64,000 bases of DNA from the human T2T-CHM13v2.0 reference genome, Homo sapiens (GCF_009914755.1 NC_060935.1), one strand, 5' to 3'; counted from the stretch's first letter, positions 11,544-25,568 are shown. Numbers and translations are program-made. Notes: generated by a model from the sequence alone, not told the origin.

Positions 11544-11631
11544 CACAGTGTTCCCTCCTGGCAGCAATTAAGGGTCTTCATGTTCTTATTTTAGGAGAGG
11601 CCAAATTGTTTTTTGTCATTGGCGTGCACAC

Positions 11632-11657
11632 GTGTGTGTGTGTGTGTGTGTGTGTGT
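11632..11657 (+). repeat. (GT)13 microsatellite in PRSS23 3'UTR
   Basis: Uninterrupted GT run inside a longer alternating purine-pyrimidine tract (11622-11658). Confidence 0.95.
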
Positions 11658-13958
11658 AAGGTGTCTTATAATCTTTTACCTATTTCTTACAATTGCAAGA
11701 TGACTGGCTTTACTATTTGAAAACTGGTTTGTGTATCATATCATATATCATTTAAGCAGTTTGAAGGCATACTTTTGCATAGAAATAAAAAAAATACTGA
11801 TTTGGGGCAATGAGGAATATTTGACAATTAAGTTAATCTTCACGTTTTTGCAAACTTTGATTTTTATTTCATCTGAACTTGTTTCAAAGATTTATATTAA
11901 ATATTTGGCATACAAGAGATATGAATTCTTATATGTGTGCATGTGTGTTTTCTTCTGAGATTCATCTTGGTGGTGGGTTTTTTTGTTTTTTTAATTCAGT
12001 GCCTGATCTTTAATGCTTCCATAAGGCAGTGTTCCCATTTAGGAACTTTGACAGCATTTGTTAGGCAGAATATTTTGGATTTGGAGGCATTTGCATGGTA
12101 GTCTTTGAACAGTAAAATGATGTGTTGACTATACTGATACACATATTAAACTATACCTTATAGTAAACCAGTATCCCAAGCTGCTTTTAGTTCCAAAAAT
12201 AGTTTCTTTTCCAAAGGTTGTTGCTCTACTTTGTAGGAAGTCTTTGCATATGGCCCTCCCAACTTTAAAGTCATACCAGAGTGGCCAAGAGTGTTTATCC
12301 CAACCCTTCCATTTAACAGGATTTCACTCACATTTCTGGAACTAGCTATTTTTCAGAAGACAATAATCAGGGCTTAATTAGAACAGGCTGTATTTCCTCC
12401 CAGCAAACAGTTGTGGCCACACTAAAAACAATCATAGCATTTTACCCCTGGATTATAGCACATCTCATGTTTTATCATTTGGATGGAGTAATTTAAAATG
12501 AATTAAATTCCAGAGAACAATGGAAGCATTGCCTGGCAGATGTCACAACAGAATAACCACTTGTTTGGAGCCTGGCACAGTCCTCCAGCCTGATCAAAAA
12601 TTATTCTGCATAGTTTTCAGTGTGCTTTCTGGGAGCTATGTACTTCTTCAATTTGGAAACTTTTCTCTCTCATTTATAGTGAAAATACTTGGAAGTTACT
12701 TTAAGAAAACCAGTGTGGCCTTTTTCCCTCTAGCTTTAAAAGGGCCGCTTTTGCTGGAATGCTCTAGGTTATAGATAAACAATTAGGTATAATAGCAAAA
12801 ATGAAAATTGGAAGAATGCAAAATGGATCAGAATCATGCCTTCCAATAAAGGCCTTTACACATGTTTTATCAATATGATTATCAAATCACAGCATATACA
12901 GAAAAGACTTGGACTTATTGTATGTTTTTATTTTATGGCTCTCGGCCTAAGCACTTCTTTCTAAATGTATCGGAGAAAAAATCAAATGGACTACAAGCAC
13001 GTGTTTGCTGTGCTTGCACCCCAGGTAAACCTGCATTGTAGCAATTTGTAAGGATATTCAGATGGAGCACTGTCACTTAGACATTCTCTGGGGGATTTTC
13101 TGCTTGTCTTTCTTGAGCTTTTTGGAAGGATAATTCTGATAAGGCACTCAAGAAACGTACAACCACAGTGCTTTCTTCAAATCATATGAGAAATACTATG
13201 CATAGCAAGGAGATGCAGAGCCGCCAGGAAAATTCTGAGTTCCAGCACAATTTTCTTTGGAATCTAACAGGAATCTAGCCTGAGGAAGAAGGGAGGTCTC
13301 CATTTCTATGTCTGGTATTTGGGGGTTTTGTTTGTTTTTGCTTTAGCTTGGTGAAAAAAAGTTCACTGAACACCAAGACCAGAATGGATTTTTTTAAAAA
13401 AATAGATGTTCCTTTTGTGAAGCACCTTGATTCCTTGATTTTGATTTTTTGCAAAGTTAGACAATGGCACAAAGTCAAAATGAAATCAATGTTTAGTTCA
13501 CAAGTAGATGTAATTTACTAAAGAATGATACACCCATATGCTATATACAGCTTAACTCACAGAACTGTAAAAGAAAATTATAAAATAATTCAACATGTCC
13601 ATCTTTTTAGTGATAATAAAAGAAAGCATGGTATTAAACTATCATAGAAGTAGACAGAAAAAGAAAAAAGGACTCATGGCATTATTAATATAATTAGTGC
13701 TTTACATGTGTTAGTTATACATATTAGAAGCATATTTGCCTAGTAAGGCTAGTAGAACCACATTTCCCAAAGTGTGCTCCTTAAACACTCATGCCTTATG
13801 ATTTTCTACCAAAAGTAAAAAGGGTTGTATTAAGTCAGAGGAAGATGCCTCTCCATTTTCCCTCTCTTTATCAGAGGTTCACATGCCTGTCTGCACATTA
13901 AAAGCTCTGGGAAGACCTGTTGTAAAGGGACAAGTTGAGGTTGTAAAATCTGCATTTA

Positions 13959-13964
13959 AATAAA
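13959..13964 (+). terminator. PRSS23: Likely main poly(A) signal of PRSS23
   Basis: AATAAA with a CA site ~15 nt downstream and a CCCTTGTTTTCTC downstream element; other AATAAA at 11784, 12845 and 13615. Confidence 0.7.
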
Positions 13965-15253
13965 CATCTTTGATCACAAAACCCTTGTTTTCTCATATAA
14001 TGCCTATAAGCAATCTGGTGTTCTACTAAATACATTCTGGGGATCTCTGTAACAGCCTTTTGGTTGAGGTGGTAATGTAGAAAGAATGATGAGTCCGAGT
14101 GGGGTCAGGTGTCTGTGCCTTTAGGGTTTAACCAGACCCTATAACCAGGATTTGGAAATCTTCACAGCGTGAAATTAGAAGTAATAAATTTGAAAATTAT
14201 CTGTCGCTGAGAATCAGAAGTTTGTGGCAGAACTGGGGACACATGTTTTACATAGACTTTACTCCAAATTTTGAATTTTGAAAAGGAGATAGTGTTTTTA
14301 AAAGGTGGGAAAATAGCCTTAAAGGGGTAAAGAAATAGGAGCAGAGTTGTATGTGTAATCTTTCTTTTTACTGTTTTTGGACCAAAAAGGGATTGAAATA
14401 CCAAGGTCATGCTCCCAATTCCCTGTTCTTTGTGTAGCTCAGTCTACCTGCTTGGGGAGATGGGAAGTACCTGGTGATGCCTGGATCATGTATTCAAGGA
14501 ATCACTCTTTCTCTAACAAACCCCACAGGAGGTCTTTAATGCAGAACTTGTTAAGAATGACTAAGCCTGCCCTGGAATGATGACTCTAGGCTGCTGTCTG
14601 CTAACTGAAGGGTAAATGGCAGCCATCCAGTGAGTCCAGAGGAATTCTGACAGTGATCCCCAACACTCACTGAGGGCTTCCTTCTTACTTTGCCTGGGTT
14701 CTGCTGCTGTTCATGTCTGCACTTTTTCTTTGTTCTTGTCATGAACCAGCTCAGGTATGCCTTGAAGTTGCCTCTGACCATTGATTTCTATGGATGTTTG
14801 ATAAGGCAGCCATTTCATTTATCATTCAGAATGGGATTCTTTTGAGAATGCTATGACTAATGAAGCTGGGGCAGCAGGTGTAAGCCAGGTATGTCTTGGC
14901 CAACAAGCATGTTTGGTCACTTAATTATTAACCTTTCAAAGCTCTGTATAGCGTGCAGACTGGCAGCCATCCTTGCTAATCTAGGAACAAAGGTGGGGCT
15001 GCAGCTCCCTGCGTTTCTCCTCTCTGGGCTTCCATTGTGATTCCTGTGATACCTTCTTTGCCTGGCTCAGCATTCTGAGGGCCTCCAATAGGGGAAGGGC
15101 ATTTAAAAATCCTTTTGATGGGGTGGGGTCATCGTACATACATGGCAGACATGAGGCCATTTCTGGGCGATCAACAACACATCTGTTTTTAGTCTGGGGT
15201 TCCCCCCGGAGGAGGAAATAAACCAGCTTCCAGAACAAGAGTAAACAGGGGTT

Positions 15254-15572
15254 GGCCGGGCATGGTGGCTCATGTCTGTAATCCTAGCACTTTGGGAGGC
15301 TGAGGCAGGTGGATCACTTGAGGTGAGGAGCTCCAGACCAGCCCTGCTAACATGCTGAAACCCCGTCACTACTAAAAATACAAAAATTGGCCGGGCATGG
15401 TGGCGCATGCCTGTAATCCCAGCTGCTAGGGAAGCTAAGGCAGGAGAATCGCTTGAAACTAGGAGTCGGAGATTGCAATGAGCCAAAATTATGCCACTGC
15501 ACTCCAGCCTAGGCAACAGAGTGAGACTCTGTCTCAAAAAAAAAAAAAAAAAGAAAAAGAAAAAGAAAAAAG
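15254..15572 (+). mobile_element. Alu (AluS)
   Basis: Full dimer with A-rich tail; degenerate TSD around GTAAACAGG on both sides. Confidence 0.95.
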
Positions 15573-16284
15573 AAAGGGTAAACAGGATTGAGAGCTGAGA
15601 TAGCAGCCTGGTATGGGAAGATGATGGCCTTGGAGTTGGGCAGACTGATTCCACAGTTGTCTAGTTCCTTATGGCAAATAAATCCCAATGCATTGTGGTT
15701 TAAAATTTAAACCCTCCTATATGATTTAAAGATCCTCCCTCTTCTGGGTTCCAGCTTCTCAGTGGGCTCATTTGAAGCTGAGGAAGAGAGAAAGGAGACA
15801 GGCATATTTATCTGACTCATTGCAGTGATGTTCTCTCTTCATTGCTTGCTGCTTCTCAGATAACACCAGCTCTTCTACCCTCCTTAGCCCTTAACTATGG
15901 TGATATAACCCTCTGTCTCCTGCGCACCTTTATCTAACAGATAGCTGTCTCAAGTACACAGCCAGCAAGATGCTTCAAGCCCAGTCATCTTGTTTCCTAT
16001 TTGCATAACCCACAAGAAACTCATAGGCTTGCTATACCTGTGTGTTAGTGGCTTATTGAGAATTTGGGAGGGAATATGTTTGAGCCTCAACAAACTGAAG
16101 TGCAAGGGCCCCTGGCAGTATCAAATTTGTTCTGTTTAAGAGACAGATGGGGAAGAGTTCAAAAAGATAGATTCCAGCCAGCTCATATAGAAATTAAGGA
16201 TTCTGTCAAGGTCTTTTTAATTCATCTTACTTGCTGGGGGATACAGTCAAAGGACTTTAAGTAGGAGCCCTGGTGGGGCCTAAT

Positions 16285-16539
16285 CAGGACCGACTTATCC
16301 ATGAAGGGACAGTAGGCACAGTGTCTAGGGCCCACAGCAGTTTCAGAGATCACACAGAAATATTTATTTTAAAATCAGAAGAAGAAAGTTAATTTTTAAG
16401 CCTAATAAAATGTGTTAATATAATGTTAATATATTTATATTAACAGCCATAAAATATAATTTTTAATATTTTTTAATGGAGAAGGAGACTTATGAAGGCA
16501 AAAGTGCTTAGGGCCCACAAAAATCAAAATGCAGCCCTG
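16285..16539. mobile_element. Non-autonomous hAT-Tip100 DNA transposon (ORSL-like)
   Basis: Termini CAGGACCGAC...GCAGCCCTG, two internal AGTGYYTAGGGCCCACA copies and an AT-rich middle; family name from memory. Confidence 0.6.
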
Positions 16540-16544
16540 AAACT

Positions 16545-17345
16545 CATTCATATTTGACAATATCTCTTTGGATGCTAAATGGAGAATGGATTTTAGGCAG
16601 TGGCAATGGGAAAACTAGTAATCCAGGTAAGAAATGGCAGTGACTTTGACTTTGGAAGTAGAGGATATTGAATAGTGGTCATATCTGGAAGAGTATATAT
16701 TTGAAAGTAGAGCCAACATGAATAGGTGTGGTAAAGGAGGAATCAAGAATGACTGCTTGGCTTGGGGCCTGAGCATCCACAGAGATTCCAGGTGCCATTT
16801 GCTGAGATGGGAAAGACTAAAGGAAGAGAATTAGATTCTGCTGTGGAAATGAAAACCGAGAATTCCTGTGTCAGTCATGTTAGGTTTCAACTGTCTAGCG
16901 GACACCCAAATGCCAATGTCAAATGAACTATAGGATCTCTGATTGTGAAGCTCAGTAGAAATATCTCAAATGCACTTGTAGATGATATTTAAACCACAGA
17001 GAAATAATATCATCTGGGGAGAGAATGAGGCTTGAGAAGAGAAGAGGGCTGAGGACAGAGTCCCAGTCCACCAACATTTAGATGTTGGGTTCAGTAGAAG
17101 AGAAGGAGGAAGAGGAGGAGGAGGAGGAGGCAGTAAGGAAGCTGGTAAGAAGCCACCAATAAGGTTAAGGACAACAAGGAAAATGTGGCCTCAAAGAAAG
17201 CAAGAGAAAAAAGTTGGAAGCCAGGTTGAGGAAGTGAGAGACAAAGGGTGGGACAAGATCAGATTGTGCTTCAGGTTATGTTTAGAAATGTCCCTCTGGC
17301 TATGGTGGGAAAGACGGGGTGGAAGGCAGGAGACCAGAGAGGAGT
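16545..17345 (-). mobile_element. L2 LINE fragment(s)
   Basis: Purine-rich antisense L2 motifs GGAATCAAGAATGACT, GTGCCATTTGCTGAGATGGGAAAGAC, TTTGAAAGTAGAGCCAACA. Confidence 0.7.
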
Positions 17346-17929
17346 CTGTCTAGTCCTCCAAGCCTCAGCTGTTTTCATGACAAGCAGAACCTTGCCTTGT
17401 GTGTCTCTGTGCACCCACCATGCAAGCATGGGGCACTGTGCACCAGGTATGCTTATCATGCCTGTGAATGAGGGATTGATTAACTGAATCCTCCAGGGAC
17501 ACTTGGGACAGCTCTGCCCACAAGAAGAGCAAGAACCCAGGCATCAATGGGGTGGTGCAGACATGGGCTCAGGGAGGCCCTCTGCCATCCCCTCCTGCCT
17601 GGACCAATGTTTTCTGAGAGGCAGAAAGTGCAGGGTGACTCTTCACTGTGGTATTTGTCTATGTGTGTATCAAGTGTGTAAAAATACTGTGCTCTCTTAG
17701 TCTTGATTTATCACTGCCCCTTGTCTTCGGGCTATTAAAAGGACTAAGGCCCTGTCTTCCATAAAGAGCAAGAACAGCTTTGAGAAGCGTCAAGTTCCAA
17801 TCCAGTGAAGAAAGACTGAAGTGTTTGCCTTGGAGAGAATGAGGAGAGTCTCAGGAAATGAAATAAACAGAACAAGGGGCTAGAATCCAAGCAGCAGCCG
17901 TGGGAACAGCAGCCAGTTCTTGCCATCCA

Positions 17930-18210
17930 ATGAGATGTCTTCTCAGGATGGCCTTCCCTGGCCATCTTCTCTGAAATTCAATGCCCCTCAGCCCCTTCCT
18001 CGGGGAGTTCTTATTGCCCTTCCCTGTTTTATTGTCCTGCTCTGCACTTATCACTAACACTGTTATATTTATGTATTTGTCCTCTGCCACTAGAATGTAA
18101 TTTCATGAGGACAGAGGTTTTTATCTGTTGTGTCCCCACAATTAGAACAGTGCCTGGCATGTAGGTTCTCAATAAATAATGTTATTCAAATGGCTGATTG
18201 AACGAATGAT
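17930..18210 (+). mobile_element. L2 3' end
   Basis: CACTAGAATGTAA...GAGGACAG...AGAACAGTGCCTGGCATGTAG...CTCAATAAATA...TGAACGAATGA is the typical L2 terminus. Confidence 0.8.
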
Positions 18211-18329
18211 CCCAGATGGTTTATATAACCCAGAACATGATGACTTAGGGTTATGTGAGCTTGGATATTTCTTGGGTCCAAACACATCCCAGAATAAAAC
18301 TCTTGTGGTGTTTTGTATGTATTCTGTTC

Positions 18330-19070
18330 TATTCTAGCATGTGTTACATTGCTGTTGTTATTTATGTGTCTGCCTCTTCTACAAGACTATGAGCCTTGCA
18401 AGAGCAGGGGCTGAGTTCTGTTCTTCTGTGTCTTCCCTTATCTATCCCATGGTCTAGCACAGGAAATATTTGTGAGAAAGTGAGTGTCTGTCTGTCTGTC
18501 ATGACTTAGCCTGTCATGACATAGATCCTCTCCCACATCTCACAGGCAACAAGCTAGAGTTCTGTGCTATCCATCACCTCCTCTCCAGCTCCCCTGCCAC
18601 TGCCCTGATTTCACCTTGTTGTTTCTCCTTTAACTATGACAGCAGATTCCAAACTGGATTCTGAGCCTCCCAGCTCGCCCACACCTGCCCAAGACATGTT
18701 CTGAAGCAAAGACCTGATCAGGCCCCTCCCCTATGTTTCCTATTGACTAGATGCTGGTTACTAGAGAAGTTTAGTTTTCTTAGCCATGAATCCATGACCA
18801 ATCCAATATAGTGATCAGATTTATCCCCCATTGCTTCCCAGAGTCACATAACCTGTCGTCTAGCCAAGTTGTACCAAACACATCCGTGTTTTCAACCTTC
18901 TGTCATTGCTCAAGCTCTCCTACCCTCCAGCTAGGTTGCCCTTCCTCCATCTCTTCAATTAGTCAATCATTCAGTTATTCATTCAGCAAATGTCCTCAAG
19001 CCCACCTCGGTGCCAGTCACTGTGTTCACGCTGGGGCTGCAGAGATGACTGAGATACATCCCTGTGCTCA
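18330..19070. mobile_element. Cluster of L2 fragments
   Basis: AGACTATGAGCCTTGCAAGAGCAGGG (sense) and TCATTCAGCAAATGTCC...GTGCCAG (antisense) L2 motifs. Confidence 0.5.
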
Positions 19071-20464
19071 GGGTGTTCATGCGTCTTCTCCTTTTGAGGT
19101 CACTGTAGTCATGACTCTTGCTCTACCTCCCAGAGTGATGAGGCTCAGTAACTACCCTCTCCACAAAATATCTTGGCCTCAGTACAATGGAATTGCCACT
19201 TTGTAAATTGAATGAGTTGAGTGCTTCCCCTACATTTTAATAAGTCTTTGAGTTACCGTCCTGCCTGATTATTACATTTCCTTTCTTGGATTTATTAAAA
19301 CTTGCTCCACCCCCAGTTCCCTGATGGAAAATGCCATGTTTGGTAAACTAACATAGCCCCCAGCATGACTAATATCCTCTGTGGATAAGGCATTCTGGGA
19401 CATAAGGACACTGTTTTTTTAAAGTGACAGGTTTTACTACTCCAGGATGATTTCCAGACCAGCTGAACACAGCGTTGGAATAGAAATGCCACCACTTTGT
19501 CTTTCTACTTTCACAGAAAAGATGTGTTGGTTGAGTATAACATAATATCAGGAAGAATTCATTCAATTCCTTCATTATATCTTTACCGATCAGCCTCTTT
19601 ATGCTTTGTTTTGTTCTTCAAGCTGTTTAGTGTCCCAAATTCTCTTCACTTTGTCTGAGGTCTTGAAAATTGTAAAATCCTATGAAGATTCATCTGCAGA
19701 AAAAGTTTAACTTGAAAATCTAATTATTTATAAGACCCACTTTTGTGAAAGAATAAAACATGATCATGCTTGAGTCTAAAACTCTGGACATTTATAGTTG
19801 CGATCAGATTTATTTCCATTCTATATTTTTTCAAATGGCCTATTTTTGCTTGAAAATATGGTTTTTGAGGGGCAAGAAAGCCTTTTTTTGTGATTTTTTT
19901 TATTGCCTTCTAACTGTGGGCTTCTGTTTCCCTCATGCTTTCTATTTCATGTATAGTATATTTTGGATCATGTTTTTCCTGACTCTGGAACTTCCTATAA
20001 CTTTTTATATGGTGTTCCTTTTAGATACTGTTTTAAAAACTCTTTCTTTTGAAATGTGTCAATCTGTCCAGAGAATTAAGTTAATGATGTGGCTATTTTT
20101 AAACTCTTTAGATAGCTATGGTTGAAAAGACAAAAAACAAAGTGAGCAATTCTGTGACTGCAGATAGAACTTTTCTAAATGGCTGGCTGGCATTTTTGAG
20201 ACAAAACTCTATACTTTTATTGAAATACCTCTATTTCTGGCTCATGGATTGTCACCGTATTCTAGAAGTAAGACAAAGAGCCTTGTCTGGTGGACCTGAA
20301 CACCAATTAGAGTTTCTTTTCAAGAGTATCACTATTCAGCTCTCCTGTTTGCCACTGGCCAGTTGACTTTTTATAGCCAGTGAAAATCCATCCAAGAATC
20401 CTGCAGTTTCTTCATGAATTTGTTCTTGTAATGAATTTACGTTGTGTTCAGGCAAGTATCAGAT

Positions 20465-20700
20465 CATTCATTTATGAAACCAACAAGCATGTATTGAGTA
20501 CCTGTAATGTGCCAGACACTTTTATGAATGATTTACATATATTAATTAATTCACTTCCCACTACAAACCTATGAAGTAGGCATTGATTTTGTATCCATGT
20601 CAGAGAGGGGCTAATTGAAGCAAGGTAACTTGCCAAAAACACACAGCTAGAAATGGGATTCATATCTTAGCAGTCTGCCTTGGGAGTTCATGCTCTTATT
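20465..20700 (-). mobile_element. MIR (with L2-like tail)
   Basis: TATTGAGTACCTGTAATGTGCCAGACAC...CCTATGAAGTAGG...GGTAACTTGCCAAAAACACACAGCTAG. Confidence 0.7.
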
Positions 20701-22131
20701 CTACTAATAGCAAGGTGCCATAAGACTACCGTGAGTGGAGCAACTAACCATGCCTCCAGATTGGGAGTCAGGAGCCTCAGGGAAGGCAAATTCAGAACAA
20801 GAGTTGTTTGATCCTTGATGAAGAGGCTTAATCGTTGATTTGATCCTTGTTAGCAACTGATTAGCACATACCAAATTACCTGCAGAGAAGATACACCAGA
20901 AAAAAATATGTGCACATATCTGCAAAGCTGTATTACATACCTAAAAACTTTGTATCATCAGTACAAGTATAAAACAAATCATGTGTGATTTGATTCATTT
21001 ATACATGCTAACCAAATATTTTCAGATTTCCTTTATGCTGTGCCACATCATATGTATCATTAATTGAAATCTATTTTGAATGGCCAACATTCAGAAGTTT
21101 CTCGAGTGCCTGGGGTGGGAATCTAAATTTTTAAGACACACTATTGTTTCAACCATTGTTTTTCCTTATAACATGATTCTGATCAATTTGTATTTAGTAA
21201 GTGTTTCCGACCATTTAGAAAGACCTTTCCTTTCTAAATCAACACGTAACTTGAAAAAATAAATCAAAATTTTGAAATATCACCTTGTTCTGTAGATTCA
21301 GACTAAACGATCTCAGATTTCTTCATGTGTTGGAAAATGTACTTAAAAAAAATCTTTCCCCGAGGCATCTTCTTTGCCAACTGGACTGACTTTTGCTCAT
21401 TCTTGGATTGCCCCCTAGTGGTTTATTTAACTTATGACTATTTCCCAGATGCTCATCGGCAACTCGTGGTTTCTTTGAATTTGTTTTTAGTTTGATCTTT
21501 TCCACACCTTCTCCCATTTGCAGAGAGGGGCTTCCAAAGACAGTGTCTTTGAATGAGGGTGAGCAACGTGCAAAGTGGCACAAACGCTTAGTGTTAATCA
21601 ATACATGCCATTAATGATGGTGGTGAAATCCTTCTTTCAAGTTTGTTCTCTTTTTTTCTTTGTGCTGTTTTTAACTTTGCCAACTCCTTACTTTCTTCCC
21701 TCTGTTAACATCCTACTGGAGTGGTGCCAGGTAATCTGGTGGCACAGGATGACTTACAGGCAATGCTGTGTCTTGAAAATGCCAATTAGGAATGCTGAAT
21801 GCTGCTGGGCGGGAGTCCCATGCTCTCACCCATATAACAAGTCAGCACTCCATAGGCCTCAGTCAGACCCAGACTTCTTGGCTCCTTTTGGGTAGCTAAG
21901 GCTATGACTCGCTGGCCTAGACACTTAAGCATCATCCAAATAGCGAGAAAAACCTTTGAGTTTCTGTAGAAAGCCAGCGAGAGACCCAGACAGCATCACA
22001 GACCTGACACTCTGCAGAACTCTGGGTCCAGGCCATCTGCACCAATTAGACCAGAACCAAGAAACGCAGTGCAAGATGCATTATTAATTCAAAACTTTTT
22101 TCAATAAGAAAAAAGCCAATTATTGGCTCCA

Positions 22132-24582
22132 TTTTTTTTTAGAGAGAGAACACCTACACTGCTATATATAATTTATTAACTTAGTTTAGTCTCTCAATAT
22201 TTAGCAAGTTTGTTTAAAAATTACCATTCCCATTGGTTTATAGTGACATGAATATAAACCCATAATTTCAAAGTCAGCATTCCTTTCACTGTGAACATAA
22301 GGCTTCTTAAGAGATAGTGGGGGTTGGGGAACAGTAATGACTGTGGCTGGTGGGCACTGTTCAAAGCCAAAAAGACTGGCAGGTTTGGAAAGGCATACAC
22401 TGTGTATAGACACTCTCTCAGTATACTACTGTTCCCCACACTTTTGCTGTACATTCTTGTCTCAAAATATGGTATAAATTATTCCCTTAAATTTGAAAAA
22501 ACAATTAAGATGAATACATTTTCATCTTCATTTCACAATAACTCTTTTAAATATAAAAAGTTCCTCATGTTTGTTAAATCTGTTCAAAAGTTGCATTTAA
22601 GTACTTTCTTCACAACATGTACAATGTTTTCATCCTTAGTGCCTCATTACAATCAGTTTGGCAATAAGACCTCCAGTGCTTTATCAAAAATGGCATTCAA
22701 TAGATTATAAGATTGATAAATCTGCATTTGAATCAGTCTTACCACAATGAATTATAACAAAGTCCAAAAAATGTATAACTATTCATCAACACCCTTGGAA
22801 CCTATGAATTATTGCAAATAATCTCCCACGTGCATGTAATTCAAACATAAACTTTGTGGGGAGGGGGTGTAAAATAAATACTACAGTATTTCTTCAATTT
22901 TATTTAATGCTGCCTAGCTGGTTAAATGAAAGATTAATTACTAACAGGAAGAGTCAAAATTTTAAGGACTGTTTTCTAAGAAGGACAATTTTGCAAAACA
23001 AAGATAAGCAAGAGCCTATGCAAATACATTTTCTTGTAGTATAATGTAATTGCTAATATGAGGTATAATCTGTAAGCAATTAATACAAATATAAATAAGT
23101 ATAAGCCACCACTAACTCACAGTCTCATGAAAAGCTTCTCAGCTAAAGTAGTTTGAGGATAAGGTTAAGGGAAATGAGGAGTGGACAGGGCAGGTTTCCA
23201 GTGGGAACATCATTTATGTGCCTTATCATTATCATCATCCTGTATGTACCAGTCCATTGTTGCAGAAAGGTAAATCCTTTCCAAGTATGTTATACTTTAT
23301 GTAGCACAGTAAAATTATTTAAGTATTACTAACGCTTTATTTGCGTTTGTATTTAGATATACACATAATTATATATGCATATCAAAAACTATAAACAGAA
23401 TTTTAAAACACTTTATCTCATTTGAGGAAAGTTAACAGGTAAGACAAATCTATGTACTATAGAATTTTTGAGGATATCTAAACTCAGGGTGAAACAAAGA
23501 AAAACATTTCTACCTCTTTAGTAAAGGGCTTGTGTGAAACCTCAAGCTCTCGCTCAATTTTTTTTATAGATGGGTATGTTTGATGAGGATTGTGATCCAA
23601 TGATTGTTTAGCAGCAATTTTACCCAACTGTAAATTCTTTTATTAACAGGCATTATAAACAGATAGTACTAATCTTATTCTAAAACCATGAGTGCCACAC
23701 TGGTGAATATACAGCTTATGAATAACTTAAAAAGTATTTCCCATTTTAAAAGGCAAACCCAGCATACAAAAACTTATACTAAATGAAGAAGCTATAATAT
23801 GGATACATGATTGATGTGTCTAAAATGATATATACAGTACATAATTAATGTTAATTATGTGATCTGTACATTTTTCCATGATTCCCTTCATGCTTCACTT
23901 TCCCCAGAAACTGAAACCTGTACTTCCTCTTCTAAAATTGGTACAATGAGGTTATCCCTGGACATCAAATTATATTTCATCTAATTCATCACAAATTTAG
24001 TAATCCGATGACACAAAAATGTTTCCTTTTCATATTCATCAAATATCTACCAATGATGAAAATAAACATGTGAAAATATTCTGTAACTCCTAAGGTATAG
24101 TGATCCTAGTTTTGCTACGGATTACTTCTTTATGCTAACCCTGCTGGGAAAACATTGATTGCTCTTCAGAAGACATGCAGCACCATCAAGTATGTGTCTG
24201 GTATAGGCTATAGCAGGACACTCTTTCAGAGCTTTATGAGCTGCACAAAGAAAAATCCATTGTTCAGTTGCTGTCATTTGAGTGCAAGTATCTGGATGGC
24301 ATTCACTCTGAAGTTTGACAACAAGTCCGTTTAGCTCAAGACAGAATTCCCTTAAATGTTCATACTTCCATAACTTTCATCTTGGCCTTCAGCTGGTTCA
24401 AGAATTTTGTCAATATTGGAGCAATCTGCTCTTATGTTCTGTTGAATATACTGTTGAACAGCTAGTGTACTGTCTATTTCTTCAAAGTGTTCGTCAGGCC
24501 AATTATAAAAATCCTGTGCCCAGCCCGTTCCGCCTCAGCACGCTGCCCCCTCCGCCATGACCATAGTGTCAGCGTCTGGGCC
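22132..24582 (-). pseudogene. Processed pseudogene of MOB4 (phocein/MOBKL3), full length with 3'UTR
   Basis: Manual minus-strand translation from ATG 24564 to TGA 23888-23890 gives [82 protein letters not shown], i.e. MOB4, intronless with frameshifts and stops. AATAAA at 22177-22172, A-tail at 22140-22132, TSD TATTGGCTC(C/G)ATTT at 22121-22134 and 24583-24596. Confidence 0.93.
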
Positions 24583-24759
24583 TATTGGCTCGATTTAATA
24601 AGTAAGAGTACCAATAATTTTTTAGAAGTAAAATGGATGTATTAAAGGATTTTAAAGAAAAAGCACTTGCTTTTATCTGAATTTTAAAAGGAGAATTGAC
24701 ATTACAGATGAAATAAAGATGAATACAGAAGAGAAGATCCTACTTTAAATGCAAAATAA

Positions 24760-24960
24760 TATCTATAAAATGGGACTAGTAATTTCTTCCTAGAGAGCTT
24801 GTGATAACTAGAGATAATGAATATAAAGTGACCAGTGAATTATCAAGCACATAATAGGGGTTCATTTATTTATTCGTTCATTTGGCAAATATTTATTGAG
24901 CACCTACTATGCAAGGCATAGTAGGTAAAACTGAAAAACGTGTCTTTGTGAAGTTTACGT
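24760..24960. mobile_element. MIR tail (+) abutting L2 3' end (-)
   Basis: CTATAAAATGGGACTAGTAAT, then TTCATTTGGCAAATATTTATTGAGCACCTACTATGCAAGGCA. Confidence 0.65.
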
Positions 24961-25085
24961 GGTAATTTTCCATCCCATATGCCAAAGAGATAACAGGGGA
25001 GGAATGACCACCATCTTTTAGAGACTTGTAGTATCATTTAGGAGATGAAATGTTATGTTTTATGTGGCTGTAGAAAGCAAAACTA

Positions 25086-25568
<483 letters not shown>

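Larger units (their letters stand above)
10379..13980 (+). other. PRSS23: PRSS23 exon 2 (13-nt 5'UTR, entire CDS, ~2.4-kb 3'UTR)
   Basis: Branch-like CTGAC at 10352, pyrimidine tract and TTTCTACAG acceptor (AG 10377-10378); distal AATAAA at 13959-13964 followed by a U-rich element. Confidence 0.85.

Noticed and set aside
15103-15654. 183-aa ORF and similar ORFs at 25083, 26564, 43813, 55607-56985 and 58310
   Set aside because: Translations of Alu sequence ([15 protein letters not shown] signatures).
19760-20125. 121-aa hydrophobic ORF and 128-aa ORF at 22324-22710
   Set aside because: T-rich non-coding composition with no recognisable motifs; the second is antisense to the MOB4 retrocopy 3'UTR.
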